From positions 1-64,000 of the IMG/VR virus record IMGVR_UViG_3300037400_002787: a DNA stretch of 64,000 nt. One strand, given 5' to 3'. This DNA is from a virus (lineage: Duplodnaviria > Heunggongvirae > Uroviricota > Caudoviricetes). The translations under genes were made by a program, and so were the position numbers. Below the pieces are notes generated by a model. That model did not search any database and was not told the origin of the DNA. It worked only from the letters and a program-made list of their open reading frames with translations. Of this stretch, positions 1-9,295 are shown piece by piece; position 1 is the first letter of the stretch; each line of letters begins with the position of its first letter.

Positions 1-120
1 TGTCAAAGCCGAACCAAAAAGAGTGATACAACGAAATAGGGTGGCATAGGCGGAAGCCTAGGCGGATAGATGATGGGGCATCGTTTTGGACGATGCCCTT
101 AATTTTTGGATTTCTCCCCC

Positions 121-150
121 TTTACATCTGACCGCAATTTATGATATAAT
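121..150 (+). promoter_or_regulatory. sigma70-type phage promoter (TTTACA-N17-TGATATAAT)
   Basis: TTTACAtctgacc at 121, extended -10 TGATATAAT at 142-150. Member of a 12-copy conserved promoter family in this window. Confidence 0.7.
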
Positions 151-176
151 ATCTCCACATCGACAAGGAGAGTAAA

Positions 177-497
177 ATGGCACAAGGTAGAAAACGGCTA
201 TGCAATCAAGACTGCAACAACTGCGATGCGATATTCAACGAGCAGTTGGCTGTGCTGCTCAATGTGCTAGCATTGAAGTTTGGGGACGAAGTGTGGCACA
301 TAACTAATCGTGTGTGTGCTAATATGACCTGCTGCCCGATATGCGGGATTGACGATTTCTGTCACGATGTCATATATGATTCTGGCGATGGGGGCATTCT
401 AGCAATCGACCGCATCAGGGAATCTGATTCGTGCGAAGTCGCAGAGATGGCGAAGGAGATTTTCAAAGAGTTCAACAAGAAAGGACAAGCAAAATGA
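177..497 (+). CDS. hypothetical Cys-rich protein (CxxC pairs, possible Zn-binding)
   Basis: ORF downstream of the promoter, SD aaggagagtaaaATG. Has CNQDCNNC and CCPICG motifs. Confidence 0.55.
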   Translation: MAQGRKRLCNQDCNNCDAIFNEQLAVLLNVLALKFGDEVWHITNRVCANMTCCPICGIDDFCHDVIYDSGDGGILAIDRIRESDSCEVAEMAKEIFKEFNKKGQAK

Positions 498-676
498 CCG
501 ATTCCACATCACAATTCTTAACTCTGAGCCCAACAACAAGCACATCGGATTCTGAAGATAAGTCACTCTATGCTCTGGCGGAAGCGAAACTCCGTGAAAA
601 AGTGCAGAATGGTGATCTTGAAGCCATTGCATTGGTACTAAAATTGCAACCAAATAAGTTAGAGGTAACTTGCTAA
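494..676 (+). CDS. hypothetical small protein
   Basis: ATGA overlap with the upstream stop. 60 aa, in operon context. Confidence 0.4.
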   Translation: MTDSTSQFLTLSPTTSTSDSEDKSLYALAEAKLREKVQNGDLEAIALVLKLQPNKLEVTC

Positions 677-696
677 GAAAATAAGGAGAAAAAACA

Positions 697-1926
697 ATGG
701 CACGGAAACTAGCAAGTGTAGTAGAGATTAGCGAAATACTCCCCATAGAGGGAGCGGACAAACTTGAACTTGCCAAGATGAAGGGCAAGGGATGGCAGGT
801 TGTTGTTCAGAAGGGGGAGTTTAATATTGGAGATTTAGCCGTATATGCGGAGATAGATAGTTTTCTCCCGTCTGATGATGACCGCTATGCATTTCTCCGC
901 GAGAGGTGTCTTCGTCGTTTCGTCTCCAAGTCTGGCAATGTCCTCCGTGAGGGCATCAAGATCAAGACCATCAAGTTGCGGGGGCAGATTTCGCAGGGGC
1001 TGCTGATGCCACTCGCCAAGTTCCCGGAGATAACATCGCGCATAATAGAAGGGAAATTCCTAACCTGCACAAAAGATGAATGGCAGAATGAGTTGGACAA
1101 AATCTGTGCGGAAAGCAACGAGCCGTTAGATGTTGTGCCATATGCAAAAGAAGACTACATAGTAGAACTCATCGGTGCGGATGTCACGAAACTCCTCAAG
1201 GTCGAACACTACGACGAGGTGAAGGAGCAGTTGCAGCCAGCGATGGGGAATCCCATCTGTGCTGATGCCCTTGGCAAGTTTCCTTCCGACTATATACCCA
1301 AGACTGACGAAGAGAGAATCCAGAACCTCGGGGACTGGTTCGAGAAGATGAAGGGGAGGGTATGGCAGGTGTCCTGCAAGCATGACGGCACTTCCTGCAC
1401 GATTGCATACTCGAAGATGATTGACGAGGGTAATCCCGAAATAGTGTGCTCTCGCAATCTTAGGCTAAAGCCCGAATCGGCGGATGGCAAGATTCCAGTA
1501 TACTGGCAGATGGCAAAGCAGTACGACATGCTCAATAAACTCAAGGGGCTTTCCGAGAGTATGGGAATAGAGTATGCTGTGCAGGGCGAGATAGTCGGAC
1601 CCGGCATCAACAAATGCAGAAATAAGGAGCAGACATACAAGTTCCTTGTGTTCCGAATCTACGACATCACAAACCAGAAGTTGGTGAATCCTACGGATAC
1701 TGTGCAGATGTGCAAGTCACTTGGTCTTGAGCATGTCCAGATTGTGAAGGACAACTTTGCTTTCTTCGACGAAATCAAGACGATGGACGAGGCATTGAAG
1801 TTCGCTGAGGGCAAGACCGCCGAGGGCAATGAGAGAGAGGGAGTAGTTTTGAAGACGATTGATACGCTTCCGTATGCAAGTTTCAAGATTGTAAGCAACA
1901 AGTACCTGATGAAGCAGGAGGACTGA
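697..1926 (+). CDS. ATP-dependent RNA ligase-like nucleotidyltransferase with N-terminal tRNA-binding (Trbp111/CsaA-like) OB domain
   Basis: N-terminus VVEISEILPIEGADKLELAKMKGKGWQVVVQKGEFNIGDLAVYAEIDSFLP matches the tRNA-binding OB-fold pattern. KxDG adenylation motif CKHDGTSCTIAY follows. SD aaggagaaaaaacaATG. Confidence 0.5.
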   Translation: MARKLASVVEISEILPIEGADKLELAKMKGKGWQVVVQKGEFNIGDLAVYAEIDSFLPSDDDRYAFLRERCLRRFVSKSGNVLREGIKIKTIKLRGQISQGLLMPLAKFPEITSRIIEGKFLTCTKDEWQNELDKICAESNEPLDVVPYAKEDYIVELIGADVTKLLKVEHYDEVKEQLQPAMGNPICADALGKFPSDYIPKTDEERIQNLGDWFEKMKGRVWQVSCKHDGTSCTIAYSKMIDEGNPEIVCSRNLRLKPESADGKIPVYWQMAKQYDMLNKLKGLSESMGIEYAVQGEIVGPGINKCRNKEQTYKFLVFRIYDITNQKLVNPTDTVQMCKSLGLEHVQIVKDNFAFFDEIKTMDEALKFAEGKTAEGNEREGVVLKTIDTLPYASFKIVSNKYLMKQED

Positions 1927-1928
1927 CC

Positions 1929-2225
1929 GTGGGGCAAATGGATTTTGGAGACGCGCTTCGCTGCCTGAAGAAGGGGCTAAAGGTTTGTCGTCAAGGGTGG
2001 CATCATGGGGACAAGTTCCTCTGGCTCAAGCCAGCGGCTACAATCAAAGCCGAGTGGTGCAAGGACGAGAAATTACGGTCCATAGCGGAAGCGAACGGAG
2101 GCGAGATAGATGGTAGACCAGTAATCTGCCTCTACCTGACCATGGATGGTCGTCCGACGATTCTCACAGGGTGGAATCCTCTACCCTGTGATATTCTTGC
2201 AGAGGACTGGATGGTTGTAGACTGA
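1929..2225 (+). CDS. DUF2829-family protein (Tad2-like, candidate anti-Thoeris/anti-signalling sponge)
   Basis: 98 aa. Has FGDALRCLKKGLKVCRQGW and a C-terminal DILAEDWMVVD, as remembered for the DUF2829 profile. Paralog of 3070-3381. Confidence 0.5.
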   Translation: MGQMDFGDALRCLKKGLKVCRQGWHHGDKFLWLKPAATIKAEWCKDEKLRSIAEANGGEIDGRPVICLYLTMDGRPTILTGWNPLPCDILAEDWMVVD

Positions 2226-2278
2226 TTTAGCCGCGACGGGTTTCAATGCCGTTGGGCGAGAACAAAAAAAGGAAAACT

Positions 2279-3052
2279 ATGAAAAGCAAAAAAACAAGCA
2301 ATGGACACCTCCTTCTCACGGAGAAGCAGACGGAGAAACTGGGAAAGATTCTGGCAAAGGCTCTTTCCAAATACGGCCTACGCCAGAAGGACTTTAAGAC
2401 CTTCGATGTCAAGCGGGGGATAGAGATTCTAGAAGAAATCGCCCGAATGCGCAAGGAACTCGAGTCCAAGCATAAAGCAGTTGCTCAGAAGTGCCGCAAG
2501 GACTTCGAGTATTGGAAGAAGTGGCATCTCAATCATGCGAAGAAGGGCAAGAAGGCATTGGGGGAGATGCTCAAGATTCTCTCCAAGTTCGACTCGTATC
2601 AGGTTCAGGGCTTGTGTGATTTCGTTAAGTCTCTCCGTCCCCGCGTGGACTACGGACATCTCTACAAAAGGATGAAAGCCGAGGGCAATGCGTCCTGGGG
2701 AAGCCCGAGCTACATCGTCACCAACGTCCTCAACGGCACAAAGCAGGAACTCGTCTCGAAAAATTCAAAGGCATACAAGGTGATGTCTGCGGCCGTCAAC
2801 AATGCGAAGAAGGCGGTTGCCGACCAAAAACCCGGCAACAGGCTTCTTGGACTGGACGGTGTGGTGAGCGTCAAGGATGGAGACCACTATATCGCATTTG
2901 TCACAGGGGGCAACAATGGTTGCAGCGATTGGGCTACATACTTCAAGAGTCTCATAACCATTGTGAACTCCGTGAAGAAGGGTTGGCTCATCGAAATTGA
3001 AAACGACTGTTGCGACGATGTACACTATGCCTTGATTGGGTTTCGGATTTAA
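2279..3052 (+). CDS. hypothetical protein, basic N-terminus (alternative start 2246)
   Basis: Long ORF between the two DUF2829 paralogs. SD aaaggaaaactATG at 2279. Confidence 0.5.
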   Translation: MKSKKTSNGHLLLTEKQTEKLGKILAKALSKYGLRQKDFKTFDVKRGIEILEEIARMRKELESKHKAVAQKCRKDFEYWKKWHLNHAKKGKKALGEMLKILSKFDSYQVQGLCDFVKSLRPRVDYGHLYKRMKAEGNASWGSPSYIVTNVLNGTKQELVSKNSKAYKVMSAAVNNAKKAVADQKPGNRLLGLDGVVSVKDGDHYIAFVTGGNNGCSDWATYFKSLITIVNSVKKGWLIEIENDCCDDVHYALIGFRI

Positions 3053-3069
3053 TAACAAAGGAGAAAATT

Positions 3070-3381
3070 ATGTTTGGTGATAAAGAAAAAGACTTCTCGG
3101 AAGCACTTAGGCTTCTTAAGGATGGCAAGCGGATTTACCGCAAGGGTTGGAATGGAAACCAGATTTCCTTCGACCCTGCAATGTACATATGGCTAGACAA
3201 GGGCTACACCCTAAAGCGAGGGGATGTAAATACCGAAAATATGGTCAAGGCATTAGGGCGCAACAATCAGATTGAAGTTAGGGCCGCCATTGTGATGAGG
3301 ACTGCAGACGGGAAACTAATTTTGAGCTGGCACCCGACAGCGGATGATGTCCTTGCCAACGACTGGATGGTTGTAGACTAA
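3070..3381 (+). CDS. DUF2829-family protein (Tad2-like), second paralog
   Basis: MFGDKEKDFSEALRLLKDGKRIYRKGWNG ... DVLANDWMVVD. Same N- and C-terminal signature as 1929-2225. SD aaaggagaaaattATG. Confidence 0.5.
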   Translation: MFGDKEKDFSEALRLLKDGKRIYRKGWNGNQISFDPAMYIWLDKGYTLKRGDVNTENMVKALGRNNQIEVRAAIVMRTADGKLILSWHPTADDVLANDWMVVD

Positions 3382-3419
3382 TTTGGTAAAACCAAAAACA
3401 AAACAAAAGGAAAAAAACA

Positions 3420-5030
3420 ATGCACACACTAATGCTCGCCGCAGCAGAAGCGGCATCTAACGGAACGGGATTCACCATTGTGGGTCTTGTTGCTCTCGGA
3501 GTGGCCACTTTGGCCGTAATTGCAGTATTCGCACTTGGATACTGTAAGGCTCCGCCGGACAAGGCATACATCATATCCGGCCTTCGCAAGAGGATTCTTA
3601 TTGGAAAGGCGGGATTCCGCATTCCGTTCTTCGAGCGGCTCGATATTGTCACCCTCGAACTCATTCAGGTTGATGTCAAGACCAAGCAGAAGGTTCCGAA
3701 CAAGGATTTCATTAACGTTAATGTTGATGCGGTCGTAAACATTAAGGTTAGCCGCGAGGAAAGCATGCTCAATCTGGCTGCCATGAACTTCCTCAATGCA
3801 TCGCCCGAATACATTAGCGAAAATGCCAAGGAAGTTCTCGAGGGCAACATGCGCGAGATTGTCGGGGAAATGACCACAAAGGAAATGGTGTTGAACCGGC
3901 AGCAGTTTGCAGAGGCCGTCAAGAAAAATGCGGCCCCCGACTTGGAGAGGATGGGTCTTGAGATTGTATCGTTCAATGTGCAGAACTTCACAGACGACGA
4001 CCATGCAATCGAGAACCTCGGTATCGACAACATCGCCACAATCAGCAAGGATGCGGCCATCGCCCGCGCAAATGCAGAGGCTCAGGTTGAAAAGGCAAGG
4101 GCCAATGCCGCAAAGGAAGCCAATGATGCAAAGGTTGCCGCCGAAACGGAGATTGCTATCCGCAACAACGAACTTGAAATCAAGAAGGCAGACCTGAAGA
4201 AGCAGGCCGACATTCAGATTGCGATTGCTGAAGCAGCAAAGGGTATTCAGGCAGAAGAGCAGAGGAAGATACTTGAAGCAACCTCTGGCGATGCAAGCAT
4301 TATATCGTTGGAGAAGCAGACAGAACTCTCGCAGAGGGAAGTGGCAATCACAGAGAAGAAGCTCGATGCGGAAATTCGCAAGAGGGCGGAAGCGGAGAAA
4401 TTCGCTGCACAGCAGGAAGCGGATGCTAAGCTCTATACTACACAGAAGCAGGCCGAGGCGGAACTTGCAGAGCGAACCCGCAAGGCGGAAGCAACACAGG
4501 TGGAAGCGGAGCGCGAGGCGGATGCTACCAAGGCGGCGGCGGATGCGGCACTCTTCCAGCAGTCAAAGGAGGCGGAAGCCAAGCAGATAGCCGCAGAGAG
4601 GGAGGCTGCTGCAATCAAGGCAATTGCCGATGCCGAGAAGGTGAAGGGTGAGAATGAGGCATTCGTCATCAAAGCCAAGGGCGATGCAGAAGCCGATGCG
4701 ATAAAAGCAAAGGCCCTTGCGGAGGCAGAAGGTCTTGAGAAGAAAGCGGATGCAATGGCGAAGTACGGCGAGGCGGCAAAGATGGACCTCCAGTTGCAGG
4801 TCGCAAAGGAGTTCGTGAAGGTGCTGCCGGCAATCGCAACGGGTGTTGCTTCGGCCTACACTAAGGTAGGCAACATCACGATGTATGGCGACCAGAGCGG
4901 AAAGATTGCATCTGGAGTCATAGACCATACAACACAATTGTTCGACGGTCTCTCAAAGTCTCTTGGATTCGATGTGAAGTCCGCAATCGGCGGAGCCTTG
5001 GCAACAAAGTTGCTTGGCGACAACAAGTAA
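3420..5030 (+). CDS. flotillin-like SPFH/band-7 domain membrane protein
   Basis: N-terminal TM helix, then an SPFH domain (RIPFFERLDIVTLELIQVDVKTKQ...). A long Ala/Glu-rich coiled-coil follows (EA-repeat flotillin region), then a C-terminal conserved tail. Confidence 0.7.
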   Translation: MHTLMLAAAEAASNGTGFTIVGLVALGVATLAVIAVFALGYCKAPPDKAYIISGLRKRILIGKAGFRIPFFERLDIVTLELIQVDVKTKQKVPNKDFINVNVDAVVNIKVSREESMLNLAAMNFLNASPEYISENAKEVLEGNMREIVGEMTTKEMVLNRQQFAEAVKKNAAPDLERMGLEIVSFNVQNFTDDDHAIENLGIDNIATISKDAAIARANAEAQVEKARANAAKEANDAKVAAETEIAIRNNELEIKKADLKKQADIQIAIAEAAKGIQAEEQRKILEATSGDASIISLEKQTELSQREVAITEKKLDAEIRKRAEAEKFAAQQEADAKLYTTQKQAEAELAERTRKAEATQVEAEREADATKAAADAALFQQSKEAEAKQIAAEREAAAIKAIADAEKVKGENEAFVIKAKGDAEADAIKAKALAEAEGLEKKADAMAKYGEAAKMDLQLQVAKEFVKVLPAIATGVASAYTKVGNITMYGDQSGKIASGVIDHTTQLFDGLSKSLGFDVKSAIGGALATKLLGDNK

Positions 5031-5042
5031 TATACCCCCGCA

Positions 5043-5090
5043 CCCTCTCTCTCGTCCAGAGTTGGCGAGGGAGAGGGGCATTTAATTTCT
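5043..5090 (+). terminator. rho-independent terminator
   Basis: Inverted repeat ccctctctctcg...cgagggagaggg, followed by a T-rich tract. Confidence 0.5.
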
Positions 5091-5100
5091 ACCCGAACAA

Positions 5101-5703
5101 ATGGCAACCATACCGGCATCGTTCTTTCAAACCGCCCATGTTCCCACGTACTGCGATTTTGCAAAGAAGGGAACGGTTGTAATATTCGACACGGAGACAA
5201 CGGGTTTCCACGATTCTGATGAGGTAGTGCAATTGGCGGTTGTTGCTGTGAAGGACGGGGAAGAGAAATTCGCTAAAGCCGTATATCTAAAGAATAGGAA
5301 TCCAATAGACGGCACGGAAGCACAGCAGGTCAATGGCATTACGGATGCGATTCTTGCAGAGAAGGGTCTGGAGCCGACTGTGGTATTAAACGATTTCCTC
5401 GCTCTCCTCAAATCAACAATAGAGGAAGAGGGTAGGGTTCTTCTAGTGGCGCATAATCTGGCTTTCGATTGGCGGATGTTGGCGAATATGCTAGAAAGAT
5501 ATGGATGCCAGAACATTCCAACGGGCGTTGTGCCTTGCTGCACTTTGGAATTCGTGAAGTCACTCTGCCTGCCAAAGACCATTCTACCGAGAAACAAACT
5601 TAGCACCTGCATAGAGGTCTTCGGACTTTCCGCACGAAATTCGCATGATGCTCTAGACGATGCAAGGGCTTGTCTTGAACTTTTTAGATTTCTAACCGCC
5701 TAA
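5101..5703 (+). CDS. DEDDh 3'-5' exonuclease (DnaQ/epsilon-like)
   Basis: Exo I VIFDTETTG, Exo II HNLAFDWRML, Exo III HDALDDARACLEL. Confidence 0.75.
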   Translation: MATIPASFFQTAHVPTYCDFAKKGTVVIFDTETTGFHDSDEVVQLAVVAVKDGEEKFAKAVYLKNRNPIDGTEAQQVNGITDAILAEKGLEPTVVLNDFLALLKSTIEEEGRVLLVAHNLAFDWRMLANMLERYGCQNIPTGVVPCCTLEFVKSLCLPKTILPRNKLSTCIEVFGLSARNSHDALDDARACLELFRFLTA

Positions 5704-5708
5704 CCCCC

Positions 5709-5738
5709 TTGCAAACTGACACCCGTTTATGATATAAT
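5709..5738 (+). promoter_or_regulatory. sigma70-type phage promoter
   Basis: ccccTTGCAAactgac, N18, TGATATAAT. Confidence 0.65.
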
Positions 5739-5798
5739 ATATTCGTCAAAAGGAGAATATCAAAGACAAAGACAACAATCCAAGAAAGAGAAGTACTT

Positions 5799-5987
5799 AT
5801 GACGAGGAATAAGATATTTTCGACAATAGCTCAGGTGTTGCTAATAGTTGTGGGGATGGTTCCAATCGCTCTATGTTTCGGTTTCCTAGCGGAAGACCCG
5901 CAGAGGTATGTGCACAACCTTTTTGTAGTTGGAATCTACGGACTTCTCTTCGGTCTTGTATCTCTTGTATTGTCCTTGGTGGATTAA
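5799..5987 (+). CDS. small membrane protein (2 TM)
   Basis: Hydrophobic 62-aa ORF downstream of the promoter. Confidence 0.45.
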   Translation: MTRNKIFSTIAQVLLIVVGMVPIALCFGFLAEDPQRYVHNLFVVGIYGLLFGLVSLVLSLVD

Positions 5988-6002
5988 AAGGTGAGCGGTA
6001 CA

Positions 6003-6527
6003 ATGGCAGACGATATGGACATAGAACTTCCTCTTGTAAAGGTAAGCAAAGAGGATGTGTATGGCGCATTGTTTGTCCATACGAACAATATGGGAGAACT
6101 ATACCACGATTCCCTAATGAAGCTCCAGACATGGATAATGACCTATGCAGAGGATGTGGTAAAGCCACTTAGGGAATCCGGTAAATTCACTGACGAATAC
6201 ATAGATTCCCTAAAGAGGAAGACTTGTGTAATATCTCCTTTGACACTTACGCTCTATCTGCACTGGCTACAGATGGAGCAGTTCTCCAAGATGCCCGACT
6301 CGCAGAAGGAGAAGATTCTGCTGGAGAAGTTGCCGGATAGGTTTAGGGCAAGATACAAAGGAAATGCAGCCTGTAGAAATGCAAGAGAGGTTTCGCCGGA
6401 CGAAGAGACAATTGGAGAAGATGGGCAGAGTGAAACGGAGGTTGTAGCCCACAAGAGGCGGATGACGTTTGTGGAGTTTCTAAAAGAGTTTGGCGAGGAA
6501 GTAAAACAAAACAAAACAAGAGGATAG
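6003..6527 (+). CDS. hypothetical protein
   Basis: ATG 6003 in-frame within ORF 5991-6527. Acidic protein. Confidence 0.5.
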   Translation: MADDMDIELPLVKVSKEDVYGALFVHTNNMGELYHDSLMKLQTWIMTYAEDVVKPLRESGKFTDEYIDSLKRKTCVISPLTLTLYLHWLQMEQFSKMPDSQKEKILLEKLPDRFRARYKGNAACRNAREVSPDEETIGEDGQSETEVVAHKRRMTFVEFLKEFGEEVKQNKTRG

Positions 6528-6533
6528 GTGAGT

Positions 6534-6839
6534 ATGGGCGAGAACGACAATGTAAATAGAAAGTTCCTTCTCAAAAACGGACGGCAGACCATCGACTACA
6601 TCGACGATGCCGGCCTACTACTTGGATTCTGCATTGGAAGGGCGGTCCAATGTCGGTACAAGGCGGGAGTTGAGTCTGACAGAACCAAGCAGGAGAAGTT
6701 GATGAAAGACTGCAACTGGTACATCGACTGCCTTGCGCGAAGGAAGAATATGGTACGGGAGGAAATCGTTGCCATAGTCAAGTCCATAGTGGGCAAGATG
6801 GAGAAGGATAGGATAGTCACGGAGGTGGCGAATGGGTAA
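6534..6839 (+). CDS. DUF3310-like phage protein
   Basis: AVQCRYKAGVESDRTKQEKLMKDCNWYIDCL resembles the A.KY..R.G.......dL.KA.WY motif of the DUF3310 phage family. Confidence 0.4.
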   Translation: MGENDNVNRKFLLKNGRQTIDYIDDAGLLLGFCIGRAVQCRYKAGVESDRTKQEKLMKDCNWYIDCLARRKNMVREEIVAIVKSIVGKMEKDRIVTEVANG

Positions 6840-7611
6840 AGAGATTGACAATTTTGGAATAGTCCGCACTGATGTACTGCAGTTTGGAGTAGAGGGCGAG
6901 TTCTATATGATACTCGTACTTCGCCGCCGTAAGGATGTTAAGGGCAAGGTCGTCGAAGGAGTGAATGAGGATAACCGTCTAATTAAGCACTTCTTTGTAT
7001 ACGACAAGGAATACTTATATCGCAAGAAGGATGCTATAATTGCCCTATGCAAGCAGAACAATGCGAGGGCATACATACTCCCGCAAAGGAGAAGCCACGA
7101 TATAATAATGTGGGCTCTCCACAACAAGACGGGTGAGGTGTTGAAGAGCGGTGCCAAGAACACACATTTCGACCATTTGATTAGGAGTTGCGTTGCGGGC
7201 ATACACGAAGTACCGCCGAATGCGAAGTGGCACAAGAGGTGGGTAATAGACATAGATAGCGATGACGATGAGACAATGTATATTGCCAGTGGATGGGGGC
7301 GAGTTGAGAGTGGCGATGGAGTAATTGAAAAACTAAGCACCTACTTGGCGGACAAGATTCGCAAAGCATTAGTCTTGGCATATAGAAATCGGAGCGAAGA
7401 AGCGAAAGAGTTTATGCCTGAAATTAGCGGCAACTACAAGGAAGAAGATATAACACTGCTTCCTACACCTCATGGGTTTCATATAGTAACACCACCTTTC
7501 AATAGAGAGGAAAAGGCTATGAAGAAATACTTTGGATTTGCGATACCCAGTAGTTGGATTAAGCCCGATACAATGGCATTGCTATATGCACCCGAAACAA
7601 TAGGAGAATAA
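6832..7611 (+). CDS. hypothetical protein
   Basis: 259-aa ORF. Start overlaps the upstream stop (ATGGGTAAAG). Confidence 0.5.
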   Translation: MGKEIDNFGIVRTDVLQFGVEGEFYMILVLRRRKDVKGKVVEGVNEDNRLIKHFFVYDKEYLYRKKDAIIALCKQNNARAYILPQRRSHDIIMWALHNKTGEVLKSGAKNTHFDHLIRSCVAGIHEVPPNAKWHKRWVIDIDSDDDETMYIASGWGRVESGDGVIEKLSTYLADKIRKALVLAYRNRSEEAKEFMPEISGNYKEEDITLLPTPHGFHIVTPPFNREEKAMKKYFGFAIPSSWIKPDTMALLYAPETIGE

Positions 7612-7615
7612 AATC

Positions 7616-8119
7616 GTGAAGAAAGCATACATCGTTACTTATATAAACGACAAGGAAGGAATCAACCGCCAATTGATGCAAGAGCAGTTGCAGACGATTG
7701 GCGCATACAAGGAACTATCCCATGCCGCACGAACGGCATCGTGGATGATTATACCAGATGACGAGGCGGCGAATGCTTCCGCGATAAAAAATAAACTGTT
7801 CTCCGCTCTTAAGCCATTTGAGGATAGCATTAGTGTTGTTCGGATTGATGCTAATGATGCAGCGGGTGTAAATTGTCTTGATACAAAAGAGTTTCTAGAG
7901 AAATGCAAAGTAGAAAGTAGCGATGAGCCACGGAACTTCGAGCGGTTTAGGACTAAACACGAAGCATTCCTGCAGTATGAACTAGAAAAGCCTAGGTGGG
8001 TCTATGAGGATGGTATAGGGGCGGCGATTTTAGTAGAGTTTGACGAATGGTGCTGGCTTCCCATAAGGAAGGACGGCATATATGACAAGCGGAAATATCA
8101 ATCGTACATATATAGTTAA
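7616..8119 (+). CDS. hypothetical protein (GTG start)
   Basis: ggagaataaaatcGTG. 167-aa ORF. Confidence 0.45.
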   Translation: MKKAYIVTYINDKEGINRQLMQEQLQTIGAYKELSHAARTASWMIIPDDEAANASAIKNKLFSALKPFEDSISVVRIDANDAAGVNCLDTKEFLEKCKVESSDEPRNFERFRTKHEAFLQYELEKPRWVYEDGIGAAILVEFDEWCWLPIRKDGIYDKRKYQSYIYS

Positions 8120-8130
8120 GGAGATAGAAA

Positions 8131-8331
8131 ATGCCACACAAAGTTGAGGGCGGATGGAAATGGGGCAACATAGAGCGGGACACCAAGGGCGAACTCGTAA
8201 AGGTTGTCTACGGCATCTGGCAGAAGAACGGAGCCAAGGGGAAGTTCGAGGACTTCTGGGAGACCGGAAAGACAACTGGCACGGCAACAAAGGATTCCGC
8301 GGCGGAACTTAAAGCATATCTAGAACAGTAA
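8131..8331 (+). CDS. hypothetical small protein
   Basis: SD aaggagatagaaaATG. Confidence 0.5.
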   Translation: MPHKVEGGWKWGNIERDTKGELVKVVYGIWQKNGAKGKFEDFWETGKTTGTATKDSAAELKAYLEQ

Positions 8332-8342
8332 GGAGAAAAATC

Positions 8343-8831
8343 ATGAAAATAGGATTCAAGAGAGTACACCCCGATGCAAAGTTGCCCACATATGCCCACG
8401 AGGGCGATGCTGGAATGGATGTCTATGCCGTTGAGGACACGACACTGTACCCCAATGCCCCCACTCTTGTCAAGACGGGACTAATAGCGGAGATTCCCAT
8501 GGGATACGAGATTCAGGTTCGTCCGAGGAGCGGTCTCGCCCTTAAGCAGGGCATCACCGTATGGAACAGCCCCGGTACTGTCGATGCTGGCTATCGCAAC
8601 GAGATTGGCATCATTCTCCTGTGGGCACCACGCCTCGCTATCTCGAACAGCATTTTGAGTTATGGGGATGTGTTCGCAGTCGATGAGGAAAAGGTTTCAG
8701 TGACAATCCACAAGGGCGACCGCATAGCGCAGTTGGTGGTTGCACCCGTGACTAAGTGTACTCCTGTAGAGGTAGCGGAAGTCGGCGATACTGACCGTGG
8801 CACAGGCGGATTTGGCAGCACGGGAGTTTGA
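8343..8831 (+). CDS. dut: dUTP diphosphatase
   Basis: dUTPase motifs RSGLALK, GTVDAGYRNEIG, GDRIAQLV, RGTGGFGSTG. Confidence 0.85.
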   Translation: MKIGFKRVHPDAKLPTYAHEGDAGMDVYAVEDTTLYPNAPTLVKTGLIAEIPMGYEIQVRPRSGLALKQGITVWNSPGTVDAGYRNEIGIILLWAPRLAISNSILSYGDVFAVDEEKVSVTIHKGDRIAQLVVAPVTKCTPVEVAEVGDTDRGTGGFGSTGV

Positions 8832-8834
8832 ACG

Positions 8835-9275
8835 ATGCCTATTTCCAAGAAATATCTCGGAAAGTATTTCATTCTTCTCGATGGCAGAGATTTCTATGGA
8901 CAATGGATAGGTTCAGAACAATCTCTTCCCGCTAAGGATAGTCATGAAGATGGTGCAGGTGTCTACTATTATGGTCCAGACGATGCAACTGCATTTGAAT
9001 CTCTGAGAGATGCTTTGGACAAAGCAATGTCCCTAATGGGAAATTATCGGATAGATATTCTAAAATGTGTTGATGAGAATCATCGTGGGAAAGTCTGTGT
9101 GCTTGTACCAAGTCTTTATTCGTTTTGGAGTCCTTGGGGCGTTGACTATGACAATATGTATGATATCGGCGAATCTAAATGGTTTGAAGAAGGATATAGA
9201 GCAGAAAAATTAACCAAGGAATGTGAATACGAACGAATGTTGTTTGCTAGAACAGCACACATCATGGATGCTTAA
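8835..9275 (+). CDS. hypothetical protein
   Basis: 146-aa ORF immediately after dut. Confidence 0.45.
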   Translation: MPISKKYLGKYFILLDGRDFYGQWIGSEQSLPAKDSHEDGAGVYYYGPDDATAFESLRDALDKAMSLMGNYRIDILKCVDENHRGKVCVLVPSLYSFWSPWGVDYDNMYDIGESKWFEEGYRAEKLTKECEYERMLFARTAHIMDA

Positions 9276-9295
9276 AAACACAAGGAGAAAGAGCG

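Noticed and set aside
4219-4590. Arg-rich 123-aa ORF in an alternative frame.
   Set aside because: Overlaps the Ala/Glu coiled-coil of the flotillin gene. Low-complexity frame artefact of GCN/GAR-rich repeats.
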